Source of the DNA: an uncultured virus (IMG/VR IMGVR_UViG_3300050343_000259)
Lineage: Duplodnaviria; Heunggongvirae; Uroviricota; Caudoviricetes
IMG/VR virus record: IMGVR_UViG_3300050343_000259
Reading direction: 5' to 3' (one strand)
Length of the DNA stretch: 64,000 nt
Position numbers and translations under genes: made by a program. Below the pieces are notes generated by a model that was given only the letters and a program-made list of their open reading frames with translations, was not told the origin of the DNA and made no database searches. Shown here piece after piece: positions 31,860 to 41,577 of the stretch; position 1 is the first letter of the stretch, and each line of letters starts with the position of its first letter.

Positions 31860-32081
31860 TTATTTTTTTAATTTACTATATATTATTATTGCTACTATCG
31901 CAAGAGATATTCCTCCTACTAATTTTAAAACTGCACTTCCAATACTATTATCTTCTTCTTTAAATTCATCTATGCTTCCAACTGCATTAGAGTAATTTTC
32001 TTGTTTACATTTACCTCCGCACTTACATTCACCTCCATTTTGGCAAGGGTGATACTCTTTATTTTTGCATCCACAACTCAT
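31860..32081 (-). CDS. small Cys-rich (metallothionein-like) tail-anchored protein
   Basis: MSCGC...CQNGGECKCGGKC, YSNAVG, TM. Confidence 0.7.
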   Translation of the reverse strand: MSCGCKNKEYHPCQNGGECKCGGKCKQENYSNAVGSIDEFKEEDNSIGSAVLKLVGGISLAIVAIIIYSKLKK

Positions 32082-34348
32082 TACTTTCTTCCTAAAAATA
32101 TACCAAGAAGAATACCTGCAATTCCTCCTATCAGCATTGTGTTATGCTCTTCATTTCCTTTTTTCTTTACCTCTCCACCTTTTGCATAACCTCTTTCAGC
32201 TTTTATTTCTTCAATAGCATCTTGATATGTTTCATCCGTAGGAGTTCCATCTTCATTATATCCATCAAGTTCAGGATGTTTTTCAAGCCATTCTATTATT
32301 TCTTGATGTGATATTTCTCCACCTTTTGCAAAATCTTCTTTATCAAGTTCTAATGCCTCTAATAATTCTTCTTTAGTGTTTATGGGTGTCGGTGTATTCA
32401 TAGAATTTCCTAACCATATTTCATAAAGTTCTTCTCTTGATGGGTTGTTTTCAAGAACTTCCTCTATGTGCGAAACATCAATACCATCATTATTCATATC
32501 ATCTATATACATACGAACTATCTCCTCACTATTTACATTATCCCAATCTCCCTCGCCCTTATCTTGTAAATAATCATAAAATTCTCCAAAAGACATATCC
32601 TTAATAGAGCCACCTTTAGCAAAGTCCAATTTAGGTGTCCACTCTACTACTTTATATTGAATAGAACTACTCATTCTTTGCAGTTTATTTTTTTCGTCTT
32701 GAGCATCTTTGTATGATAGATATTTTTTGCCACCCGTTAAAAACTTCTCATCTTTCCATTTTGGAACTCCTAAATCATATTTACTTTTTTCTTGAATTTT
32801 GTAAATCTTTCCTTGTGTTTTACCACCTTTAGCAAATCTGTTTTTTTCTTCTACATATTTTAAACCTTGATTAGATAATTTATATTCTCCTTTATTTATT
32901 AATCTTGCCCAATTTTCAGCTTCTTTTTTTGTTTTATAAGAAGGGTTTGAGTATGTACTTCCATATTTTTTTAAGTAGTATTTTCCGTTAGTTCCATAAA
33001 CAGATACTTCCCCACCTTTTGCAAAAGTTTCTAAATTTTTAACCATTGCTTCAACTCTTCTTCCATTTGTTGCTTCAACTATTGCCACACCCCCATCATC
33101 TCCATCTGCTCTTAATTTTATTATTTCTTCTACTTTACCACTTTGTCCTTTTCCCATACCACTTATTGAATGTGGGAAATTGTCTTTTGTTGCTCTAACC
33201 ACATCTCCTACTTCAATTTTACCACCTTTAGCATAAGATTGAACACCATCTTCATCTACTTCCCAAAGATAACCTTGTTGACTCATAATTTGAGATTTAT
33301 ATGCACCATCTTCAATACTTGAAAGTGCAATTTCTAATGCCTCACTATATGTTTTTACTTCTTTATCTAAACTTGGCTTATTGCTATTGTATCTTGCTTT
33401 ACTTTTCCAAACCTCAACTGAAAAAGGACTATCTTTTTTAGGCTCTACTTCGCCACCTTTTGCGAACTCTAATTTCTCTTTTTTATAGACTTCATATGGA
33501 AATAAAAATTGAGCAGAATACAACTTCATTTCACCTTTTTTCCAAAGTTCTATTTCTTTTTCAGTAGGTGCAGAAAACTCATCCCAATCACTACCTTTTT
33601 CGTGCTTTACAAGAGCACTTGTTTGAATAGTATCTTCATCAACATAAAAATCCTCTTCTTTCATATCTGCGTATGAAACAAAATCATTTAAAGTTTCAAA
33701 TAAATCTTTTTTATTAGTAAACTTAGTTTTATATGGAAAATCATTTTCACCTAAGTAATATGAATGAAATTGGTCTTGCTCTCCCTCTTCATAAGAATCT
33801 TCGTAAAAAGTAACATCAGCACCCTTTATTTGGTATGTTTTTCCAACTTCCCCACCTTTTGCATAATCTTCGTGTTCTATTCCAAAATTATCATAATCCT
33901 CAATATCGTTTTTACTATCTATTAAGCCCTCTGATTCTTCGCTAATGTTTATTCCATAAATCTCTATTTTATCCCAATTTTTCTCTGCAAACGACTTGCT
34001 TACTTCTTGAAATTTATATCCATCAGAGAATGTTATAAAACCGCCTTTAGCAAATTTTGCTTTTTGTTTCTTAGCATCTTGAACGGTTTTGTATATGCCT
34101 CCTAAATCTTTCTTGATGTCTTTAATTTTGTTCTCTCTGTCCTTAATAGATTTCTTTTCTCTATCAATGCCACTTTCTAAATTATTAATTTGATTTTCGG
34201 AACTTGTAATATCTTTACGAATGCTTTTTATCTCATCTCTACCTTCATTGATTTCTTTATCGCCTTTTTTAGCGACATTACCCATAGCTTTAGCAAGTTC
34301 AATTTGACCTCCTCTTTCGTAACTATTATTTCTATTTCCTCTTTTCAT
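32081..34348 (-). CDS. Modular polyprotein with 10 [FY]xxGG linkers and C-terminal TM
   Basis: YERGG plus nine F/YAKGG; ends MLIGGIAGILLGIFLGRK. Confidence 0.85.
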   Translation of the reverse strand: MKRGNRNNSYERGGQIELAKAMGNVAKKGDKEINEGRDEIKSIRKDITSSENQINNLESGIDREKKSIKDRENKIKDIKKDLGGIYKTVQDAKKQKAKFAKGGFITFSDGYKFQEVSKSFAEKNWDKIEIYGINISEESEGLIDSKNDIEDYDNFGIEHEDYAKGGEVGKTYQIKGADVTFYEDSYEEGEQDQFHSYYLGENDFPYKTKFTNKKDLFETLNDFVSYADMKEEDFYVDEDTIQTSALVKHEKGSDWDEFSAPTEKEIELWKKGEMKLYSAQFLFPYEVYKKEKLEFAKGGEVEPKKDSPFSVEVWKSKARYNSNKPSLDKEVKTYSEALEIALSSIEDGAYKSQIMSQQGYLWEVDEDGVQSYAKGGKIEVGDVVRATKDNFPHSISGMGKGQSGKVEEIIKLRADGDDGGVAIVEATNGRRVEAMVKNLETFAKGGEVSVYGTNGKYYLKKYGSTYSNPSYKTKKEAENWARLINKGEYKLSNQGLKYVEEKNRFAKGGKTQGKIYKIQEKSKYDLGVPKWKDEKFLTGGKKYLSYKDAQDEKNKLQRMSSSIQYKVVEWTPKLDFAKGGSIKDMSFGEFYDYLQDKGEGDWDNVNSEEIVRMYIDDMNNDGIDVSHIEEVLENNPSREELYEIWLGNSMNTPTPINTKEELLEALELDKEDFAKGGEISHQEIIEWLEKHPELDGYNEDGTPTDETYQDAIEEIKAERGYAKGGEVKKKGNEEHNTMLIGGIAGILLGIFLGRK

Positions 34349-34350
34349 AA

Positions 34351-35388
34351 TTATCTTCCTATAAAAAATGCACCAAGTAAAATACCTGCTATCCCTCCTA
34401 CAAGTAAAGTTTGATTATTATTATCTTCAGTATTATCAACTTTTTTTGCTTCTACTTTTTCAATTTTATCATCACATTTATCTTTAGTGATAGTTGCTTT
34501 TCTTAAAGCACCTTTTTCCTTCTTTAGTTTAGCAATTTCTTTGTCTTTTTCTCTTCTTAGCTTAACATATCTATCTCTGTCAATTTTACCTTCAACAGAG
34601 CCTCCACGAGCCATTTTTATTTTCTCTATGCTTCTAACTCCATTTGCAAGTTGCTCTCCTTTGTTAAAATCTTCAATAGATTTATAATTAGTTTCAAAAC
34701 CTTCATTATGCTCATTAATAAATTCCATAGCTTCTGATTTTGTTAGATATTCAGTAGCATCTTCATCATCAGATTCACGATATACATATCCACCTTTAGC
34801 CATTTTTCTTTTGCCTTTATCCATTGTAGATACATCAGCATACTTTCTTCTACCCATAGATTTTTCCATTCCTGCACTTTCTCTCATTCTACTGTCTAAA
34901 GATTGAGATTTTTTTCCTCTGTTTCTTTCTCCTATGCTTTCTCTATCTCTGTCATCATAACCCTGAGTTTTTCCACCTTCCATAAACATTCTATCGCCTT
35001 TGTCCATAGTGTCTACACTTGAATATGCTCTACGACCTAGATTTTTATTAGCTGCTTTGCTTTCATCTCTTCGGTCTTTTAATGTTTGTGTATAATTGCT
35101 TTCTCTTCCAAGTCTAGTTCCTAAATCTTCATTTAACTTGTCGTTATACCCTTGTGGTTTATCGGTTTCTCCTCCTTTAGCCATCTTTTTCTTATTTGCT
35201 ATTTGTTGCATATTTAAAGCAAATTGTGCTCTTTCACGAGTTCTTTCTGAAAAGTCAGTTGGATTATCTTTTACTTTTTTAGCAAAATCTTGAACGGACA
35301 TACCTGCATCAGTAGCTTGTTTAGTAAACGCACCAACAGTTCCTTTTTTTTCCATTTCTTTATCTACATTTTGAATCCAATCTGCCAT
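34351..35388 (-). CDS. Modular polyprotein with 4 [MF]xxGG linkers, internal duplication and C-terminal TM
   Basis: MAKGG x2, FMEGG, MARGG; duplicated QGY[ND]D...ES...GRR.Y..V.TMDKG; ends LLVGGIAGILLGAFFIGR. Confidence 0.85.
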   Translation of the reverse strand: MADWIQNVDKEMEKKGTVGAFTKQATDAGMSVQDFAKKVKDNPTDFSERTRERAQFALNMQQIANKKKMAKGGETDKPQGYNDKLNEDLGTRLGRESNYTQTLKDRRDESKAANKNLGRRAYSSVDTMDKGDRMFMEGGKTQGYDDRDRESIGERNRGKKSQSLDSRMRESAGMEKSMGRRKYADVSTMDKGKRKMAKGGYVYRESDDEDATEYLTKSEAMEFINEHNEGFETNYKSIEDFNKGEQLANGVRSIEKIKMARGGSVEGKIDRDRYVKLRREKDKEIAKLKKEKGALRKATITKDKCDDKIEKVEAKKVDNTEDNNNQTLLVGGIAGILLGAFFIGR

Positions 35389-35392
35389 ATTA

Positions 35393-35896
35393 TTAATTTT
35401 TTTTCATTATTAAATAACCTAAAACTAAAACAACTGCTCCAATACCTAAATACATTGCCATATTGCTATCATCATCTGAGCCTGATGTAACACCTGCTGC
35501 TACACTATCATCGTTTACATCATAAGAGGTCAAGTCATCTGAATCAACTCCTAAATCTTCATCTATAACTTCATCAATCTCTTCTTGATTACTTGGTTGT
35601 TCCGAAATAGTCATTTCTGATAATTCATCATTAAAATCACTAAGATTCATAGATGTACCACCTTTTACTGTAACTTCTTTTCCGGGGTATCGTGAGTCTG
35701 ATGGTCCGTGTTCTCTTAATGTTGCACTATATCCATCTCTTACTGAAATATGTGATGCATCATCATTTGGAAAATCAGTATCTCCTAAAAAAGTACCTTC
35801 TCCAAAATTTTCTTGCCATCCCGGAAATCTACTATCACCATCTCCGTGTTGAGATAATGTTACTGCTCCTGTTTGTCCAAACCAAATATCACTCAT
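35393..35896 (-). CDS. beta-gamma-crystallin-like domain protein, tail-anchored
   Basis: VTLSQH...FPG...NDDASHISVRDGYSATLREH...YPG...FNDELSEMTI (two Greek-key-like motifs). Confidence 0.7.
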   Translation of the reverse strand: MSDIWFGQTGAVTLSQHGDGDSRFPGWQENFGEGTFLGDTDFPNDDASHISVRDGYSATLREHGPSDSRYPGKEVTVKGGTSMNLSDFNDELSEMTISEQPSNQEEIDEVIDEDLGVDSDDLTSYDVNDDSVAAGVTSGSDDDSNMAMYLGIGAVVLVLGYLIMKKN

Positions 35897-35997
35897 ATCT
35901 ATTTATTTATTAAAAACATTTTTGTTCATATACCATAATCCTACGGCTATAATTGACCAAAATACTATTCTAGGTTTTCTTTTCTTTTCTTTTGCCA

Positions 35998-36480
35998 TTA
36001 TCCTTCAGGGTTAAATGTTGCTTCCGGCAACTCCGGTCTTGGAGGTGCAGGAGCCATTGGAGCCTCTGCTACAGGTGAAGGCACAGTTTGTGGGGTAGGA
36101 GTATAGTCTACTTCTCCACCGTGGTCAAACTCTGCTCCATCTTCTTTCTCAAAGAATAATTTATATCCTACATAAACAATTCCTAAAAGCACCAATGCAT
36201 CAAAAATCTCTCTCTTGTTTCTTTGAAAGAAATTTCTTTTCCTAGACAATTCTTTTTTCTTGTATTGTTTTATGCTACTTTTTTGCATATCCTCAACCCA
36301 ATCTGAATTTCCATCATCGCTGACTTCCATTTTTCCATCAACGACATAAGTTTCTTCAGAATTTTTTTGAGTGTCAGAGCCTTTAGGTTCAGATAGTTTC
36401 TTGTCTATAAGACCCCATCTTTCCTGTTCTTCTCTGTCATCTACAAAGCCATTACTTTTAAAACCTGCATCTATACTCAT
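35998..36480 (-). CDS. membrane protein with FDHGG motif and Pro-rich tail
   Basis: Central TM; EFDHGGEV. Confidence 0.75.
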   Translation of the reverse strand: MSIDAGFKSNGFVDDREEQERWGLIDKKLSEPKGSDTQKNSEETYVVDGKMEVSDDGNSDWVEDMQKSSIKQYKKKELSRKRNFFQRNKREIFDALVLLGIVYVGYKLFFEKEDGAEFDHGGEVDYTPTPQTVPSPVAEAPMAPAPPRPELPEATFNPEG

Positions 36481-36644
36481 AACTTAATTATTTTTGTTCT
36501 CTTGCTACATTTCTACCTTTTTGCCACCCATATCCAAGTGCAAAAAACATTGCTCCTGTTAACACAAGAGAAACTGCGAAAGTGCCAATATTCATTTTTT
36601 GTTTTGCCATTTTATTATTATTTAATTGTTACAATTATTTATTA

Positions 36645-37031
36645 TTAAAGCATTGCATTATTATAATACTCTTCACTTGCCTGACCATATACTGCATTAG
36701 GGTACATTGATTTAAATGCTTCAAATGGTGATTGTTCTGATTTTAATGCTGCTTCGGTGTTTGAACCAAATTTTCCATCAACTTTTAAACCATAACTTCC
36801 TGCATCATTTAAAAATCTTTGTAAATTTTCTACTTTTACTCCTCCGCTACCTTTTTTTAATGGAAAGCCTCTTCCTGAAAATTTATCTACTGTTTTAATA
36901 TTAGGGCTATTATTTGTTCCATTATTACTTGGGGTAATTCTAACTCTACTAGGTCTTAATAGATAATATAGACCTACTCCTGTTCCGAGTACACCTACAA
37001 CTATTAATGTTATTTTTAAGTTTTTATTCAT
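36645..37031 (-). CDS. N-terminal TM + peptidoglycan-binding domain
   Basis: FPLKKGSGGVKVENLQRFLN...LKVDGKFGSNTEAAL (PG_binding_1 pattern). Confidence 0.85.
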   Translation of the reverse strand: MNKNLKITLIVVGVLGTGVGLYYLLRPSRVRITPSNNGTNNSPNIKTVDKFSGRGFPLKKGSGGVKVENLQRFLNDAGSYGLKVDGKFGSNTEAALKSEQSPFEAFKSMYPNAVYGQASEEYYNNAML

Positions 37032-37036
37032 AATTA

Positions 37037-37486
37037 TTAATCATTAAACCACATTTGGTCATTATATCCTCCAAAACCTTGTTGATTAAAATTAGAGTAT
37101 GATTCTCCATCAAATCCTATACTATTTCTTCCTCTAACGGAGCCACAACTTGCAGGGCTATTACTATAATTACCCAAAGAACCACAGTTACCTTGAGATG
37201 TTAGTGTTGTAAAGTTTGAACCCGGCATTGGCATTCCCACACCTTGACATCCTTGTGGATAGCAAAATCCTGTGTAGGTACAACTTCCATCATCTGTATT
37301 TGCTCCCGGACTATAATTGTTTGCACTAGAATCAGTACAACCGCTAATAGTATATTCACACGGACAATCAACCGTTGGTGGTGGTGGTGGTGGTGGTACA
37401 TTTATATTTGCTGCTGCATTAAAGAATTCATCTCTTGAAATGTAAGAGTTAAATCCATCTTGGTCGTTATTTAGTAAAAAAGCCAT
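37037..37486 (-). CDS. Cys-rich protein with GCTD...DDGSC repeat; paralog of 43801-44259
   Basis: GCTDSSANNYSPGANTDDGSC; ends GFGGYNDQMWFND. Confidence 0.8.
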   Translation of the reverse strand: MAFLLNNDQDGFNSYISRDEFFNAAANINVPPPPPPPTVDCPCEYTISGCTDSSANNYSPGANTDDGSCTYTGFCYPQGCQGVGMPMPGSNFTTLTSQGNCGSLGNYSNSPASCGSVRGRNSIGFDGESYSNFNQQGFGGYNDQMWFND

Positions 37487-37504
37487 TTTTTTTTATTTTT
37501 TATA

Positions 37505-38170
37505 TTAATAATCCCCCATCATAAAGGTTCCATCAAATCCTCTTGAATATGGTACACCTGTATTTACATTAGTTACTACATTTCCTGAATTAGGAGAAGT
37601 AGAACATCCGACTGTTGCATTAGGATTATAGTTATCTGCCAATGGGTCAGTACATCCTACTATTTGAACAGGAGGATATTGACAACTTCCATCATCTGCA
37701 ACTGCTAAAGAATCATAGTTTAATGCTGAAGGGTCCATACATCCTGCTATTGGCATTGGTGGTGGATTTAATTGACAAGTTCCATCATCACTATTTGCAT
37801 TAGGATTGAAATTAACTGCCTGTGGGTTGGTACACCCAAATACTGTGTAAGTACAACTTCCATCATCTGTATTTGCTCCCGGTGCAAAATTATTTGCATT
37901 AGAATCAGTACAACCTAAAATTTTTTGTGGAGGTGGCGGTAAAATAGTTATTGGGTCATCCGTATCTAGTGGAGGAAAGGTTGGTTGTGGTGTTACAATT
38001 AATGGCTCCTCTACATATATTGGCATTGAAGGCGGAACAACAATTGGCTCTGTTGGTGGCAATGTTGGTTCGGTATTGCTTACTATAGCAACCGTTTCAT
38101 CCTTTTTCTTGTTAAGAAGTAAGTAGGCAGCCACACCGATGCCTAATAATCCCAATAATTTGTTGTCCAT
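37505..38170 (-). CDS. N-terminal TM, Pro-rich stalk, four GC[TM][DN]..A.N[YF] repeats
   Basis: Repeats visible in translation; ends RGFDGTFMMGDY. Confidence 0.85.
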   Translation of the reverse strand: MDNKLLGLLGIGVAAYLLLNKKKDETVAIVSNTEPTLPPTEPIVVPPSMPIYVEEPLIVTPQPTFPPLDTDDPITILPPPPQKILGCTDSNANNFAPGANTDDGSCTYTVFGCTNPQAVNFNPNANSDDGTCQLNPPPMPIAGCMDPSALNYDSLAVADDGSCQYPPVQIVGCTDPLADNYNPNATVGCSTSPNSGNVVTNVNTGVPYSRGFDGTFMMGDY

Positions 38171-38176
38171 TTTTCT

Positions 38177-38416
38177 CTATTTTGTTAGTTCTTTCTTTAG
38201 TTTTTCAGCATCATTTTCATTAAAACCATCAAGAATTGTTTGCGATGTTCCGGAAACAGGTGTGGTAGGATTTGTCACATTTGCTACACTACCGTTTGAA
38301 ATGGCAGTATTTTTAGTAGCAGTTGTGCTTTCTCCTTGTTTACGAGAAAATATCCTGTGAAGGATAAATGTTGCAGCAATGGCTCCGATGATATATGTTA
38401 ATGGTACTTTTTTCAT
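38177..38416 (-). CDS. N-terminal TM protein
   Basis: Hydrophobic N-terminus. Confidence 0.7.
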   Translation of the reverse strand: MKKVPLTYIIGAIAATFILHRIFSRKQGESTTATKNTAISNGSVANVTNPTTPVSGTSQTILDGFNENDAEKLKKELTK

Positions 38417-38617
38417 TACTATTTTTTCTTTCTAGCTTTTTTTTCTTTAACTACAGGCTCTTCTACAACAGGTGGTGGTGGAGGAGGTGCCGGTAATTCT
38501 CCTGTTAAATCTACAGTTCCATAGGTATTAATTTCTTTTACTCCCCATCCTAATGCTTTATAATGCTTAAACATTATGCTTTTTTGTCTTGCGTTCATAG
38601 TTTTTAATTTTTTTTAA

Positions 38618-38872
38618 TTATTTCCAAAATTTAACTACTGCGGTAATTATAATACCCCATATTGTAGTTACGGCAGTTACTCCTCCCATAATTTTGTTTT
38701 TAAATGTTTTATCTTCGGCTATGTACTCAGAGTGCTCATTTACTTGTTCAATCAAGCCTTTTTGACCAAACTCTGCATCACCACATACCGCATTAGCTAA
38801 TCTCTCAATAAGAACACTTTGTTTAGTTAGTTCTTGCTTTATGTATGTTATATTCTCTTTTTGCGTTGCCAT
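38618..38872 (-). CDS. coiled-coil + C-terminal TM protein (holin/XhlA-like)
   Basis: Probable start MATQKEN at 38872; AVCGDAEFGQKGLIEQV then TM. Confidence 0.65.
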   Translation of the reverse strand: MATQKENITYIKQELTKQSVLIERLANAVCGDAEFGQKGLIEQVNEHSEYIAEDKTFKNKIMGGVTAVTTIWGIIITAVVKFWK

Positions 38873-38874
38873 AA

Positions 38875-39153
38875 TTACATTGCTACTACTATACCTGTGC
38901 TTCCTGCTCCACAAGTAATATCCAATACACCTAAATTTCTATTATCAGGGTTTTGGATTGTTATACTTTCATTTGCTTTTAAAACAATATTATTTGAATC
39001 ATCCCCTCCTATACTTCCTGTGCCTAGAATAGTAATTCCATTGGCTCCCGTATTATCTGTTTTACATAAGACAGAAATATATGTTATTCCCATACTTAAT
39101 GTTGTAGATACCGTGTCAGTTGCGGTTAGGGTTCTTGTAAATATTGCACTCAT
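38875..39153 (-). CDS. small all-beta protein, putative virion component
   Basis: Alternating beta-strand pattern, Thr/Gly-rich. Confidence 0.6.
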   Translation of the reverse strand: MSAIFTRTLTATDTVSTTLSMGITYISVLCKTDNTGANGITILGTGSIGGDDSNNIVLKANESITIQNPDNRNLGVLDITCGAGSTGIVVAM

Positions 39154-39154
39154 A

Positions 39155-39596
39155 TTATCCTATATTTCCTAATATCTCTTCAGGCTTATCGAATAGCCAA
39201 TTGAAAGATATTTGTTTAAAAAATTCGTTGTTGTGATAGGCTAACATATATACTTTATTAGCATCGCTATCTTTTGTTACTATTACAGATGACATTTCGT
39301 TTACATCTGTGTTTTTTTTCTTCTGCTAATCTTATAATAGATTGTTGTAAAAAAGGTGCGGTTAAAAACTCTCTTTGTTTAAAGTCAAACTTTACATCTA
39401 AAATTTCGTTGAAAGTTAAGTCACTTATTTTTTCATAATCTTTCATATAAGAATATAAAACACTTTTCCCGTTAAACTTAATAACGAGTTGAATGTTTTT
39501 TGCATCACAATTGTTTTTATCAGACAACCTTTTTAGAGCATTGCTCATTATGTCAATCGCTGAATTTACTATTTGTGCTTTTAGTGCCGTGTTCAT
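39155..39596 (-). CDS. hypothetical protein with +1 frameshift in an A8 run
   Basis: Deleting one T of 39312-39319 extends the ORF (EEKNTDVNEMSSVIV...EEILGNIG*) to a stop 1 nt before the next ATG. Confidence 0.7.
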
Positions 39597-39613
39597 CTTC
39601 TAGTTTTTATTTT

Positions 39614-39621
39614 CAAAAATA
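39614..39621 (-). promoter_or_regulatory. TAnnTTTG promoter element
   Basis: TATTTTTG upstream of ATG 39596. Confidence 0.45.
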
Positions 39622-39648
39622 ATAAAATTATTCAATTTATCCATTTTT

Positions 39649-40134
39649 TTATCCTATAAAATCACTTGTAGATGCCGTAACATCAATAGGTAAATTATTT
39701 ATAGTTACTATTCCTGCTCTTACATCTAAGCTACCTCTAAGGGTTGCCACTCCCGGTGTCTTATCTACTAATTGATTTATTATTGTTGCAATACCTAATG
39801 ATAATGACAAATTAGTGTCTGCATTCGCTACTACAGGAATTATTACTGAACCTTTTGCAGGAATATTATATTCTTTATCATCAGATGATTTTGCAACTAT
39901 CTTATTATCAATAATTAAATCAAATTGATACCTTTTTACTTTTATATTAAAATCCGCAGTATTTGTGAATTTCATTTGAACTTCTATTTTAGTATTGTTA
40001 TTAGATGTGCCTAAATATGTTACATTTTTTATCTTATATCCAAATGCTGATAGCAAATTTCTTTGTCTATTTATATAAGTTGCAAATGCAATACCGGCAG
40101 CCCCTAAAAGTGTAATAAACCAATACTTTTTCAT
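39649..40134 (-). CDS. LEA2/WHy-like domain protein with N-terminal TM
   Basis: IEVQMKFTNTADFNIKV...FDLIIDNKIVA...IPAKGSVIIPV. Confidence 0.75.
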   Translation of the reverse strand: MKKYWFITLLGAAGIAFATYINRQRNLLSAFGYKIKNVTYLGTSNNNTKIEVQMKFTNTADFNIKVKRYQFDLIIDNKIVAKSSDDKEYNIPAKGSVIIPVVANADTNLSLSLGIATIINQLVDKTPGVATLRGSLDVRAGIVTINNLPIDVTASTSDFIG

Positions 40135-40140
40135 AGTTAT

Positions 40141-40899
40141 TTAGTCGTTATAAAATTCCGGTTTTGGTCCTGATGCTTTAATTGCCATATATCCTAATGT
40201 TGCAACAACTCCTGCCACTAAGACCCATCCAATAATTTTAGTTGTACCATCTCCACCTAATGATGCTTGAGTAGTTGTAGTGGTTGTTCCTGCATTTACA
40301 TTTGCATTAGGGTCAAATTGTGGAGCCGGTACCCCCGGTTTTGTCATATTTACTCCTGTTGAAAAGCCTTTATTGATACTATCAAATATATTACCTATTT
40401 TACTCCAAGTATTTTGTTTTCTCGCATCAATTTCTGTTTGAGATAAACAAGTATTTCTTGAACTTGATGTCCATCCTGCCGGTTGTTGATTTTTAGGAAA
40501 TTGTTGACTGATTGGCATACCGTTTTGGCAAGTATGATAAGTTCTCATACCATCTCCACCAAAAATTCCTGATATAAATCCACCTCCACTAGAACTCTCT
40601 TCTGTAGCAGGAACTGTTCCTAAATCTACAGGAGGTAATTCACCTCCATCAACAGTATCGTTATCTCCTCCTCCAAATATTCCGCCTAAAAATCCCGGAT
40701 GATTACTCCAAGCATCATCTTGTACCTCTCCTGTAAAACTATTGTATTCAGCAGTACCATTTAATCCATCTCCTTGGTCAACAGAATTCGCTTGAGTATC
40801 AGGATTACCTCTCAATCCAAACGGATTTGGTAAAGGATTATGAAATGTATAATCTTGGGAATCTCCAAAGAAGTTTAAATATTTATCTTCACTTTTCAT
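40141..40899 (-). CDS. Gly-rich tail-anchored protein
   Basis: YLNFFG, WSNHPGFLGG, CQNG..C, QASLGG + TM. Confidence 0.8.
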   Translation of the reverse strand: MKSEDKYLNFFGDSQDYTFHNPLPNPFGLRGNPDTQANSVDQGDGLNGTAEYNSFTGEVQDDAWSNHPGFLGGIFGGGDNDTVDGGELPPVDLGTVPATEESSSGGGFISGIFGGDGMRTYHTCQNGMPISQQFPKNQQPAGWTSSSRNTCLSQTEIDARKQNTWSKIGNIFDSINKGFSTGVNMTKPGVPAPQFDPNANVNAGTTTTTTQASLGGDGTTKIIGWVLVAGVVATLGYMAIKASGPKPEFYND

Positions 40900-40907
40900 A
40901 TCTTTTT

Positions 40908-41567
40908 TTATTTTTTCATTATAAGATAGATAGCAACTGCACCTAATACTAATGCTATCGTTTTATCTATACACTTTTCTTCTCCTTGTACTTTAAATGG
41001 AATAGTATATTGGTCATCTCCACATCCACTTGACACTACCACAGGTGCCGGTTCAGGCACTACTACTACAGGCACAGGTTCCGGTTCAACCGTAGAAGTT
41101 GGTATTTGAGTCACGGTTAGAACAGTAAGTTCTGAAGATGCAAAGAAACCTGTTGTTCCATTATCCCAAAGTATTTCATATTTTTCAGGATATGTTTTTT
41201 GAATATTTCCTGTTACTGTTCCTTCAATCATATTAGCACTCATAGGACAAGGTGGCACCAAACAAGCCATATGGCTAACCATACCTACTCTTTGACCTGC
41301 TAACAATCTAATTGGCTTAATTCCTCCTGTATTGGGTGGTGTTGGTGTTGGCACGGGTGGTAAAACATAACCTACATCATTTGCTATTTCTTGTTGTGTT
41401 GCTCCCGGAGCAGGTAATCCTGATGCTACAGGTGTACCCATTGGTATTACTCCTCTATCTACAATGAAATTTCCTGCATTATCTTGAGGACATCCTCCAT
41501 ATATATTATCACAACTAATTCCGTTGTAAGTTTCTCCTGATTGATTGAACCATAATTTATTATCCAT
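40908..41567 (-). CDS. tail-anchored Cys/Pro-rich protein
   Basis: Probable start MDNKLWFNQSG at 41567; CLVPPCP; C-terminal TM. Confidence 0.8.
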   Translation of the reverse strand: MDNKLWFNQSGETYNGISCDNIYGGCPQDNAGNFIVDRGVIPMGTPVASGLPAPGATQQEIANDVGYVLPPVPTPTPPNTGGIKPIRLLAGQRVGMVSHMACLVPPCPMSANMIEGTVTGNIQKTYPEKYEILWDNGTTGFFASSELTVLTVTQIPTSTVEPEPVPVVVVPEPAPVVVSSGCGDDQYTIPFKVQGEEKCIDKTIALVLGAVAIYLIMKK

Positions 41568-41577
41568 AATTTTTTTT

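Noticed and set aside
37201..37438. Poly-His / poly-Trp ORFs
   Set aside because: Other-frame readings of the poly-Pro (CCA)n tract in 37037-37486
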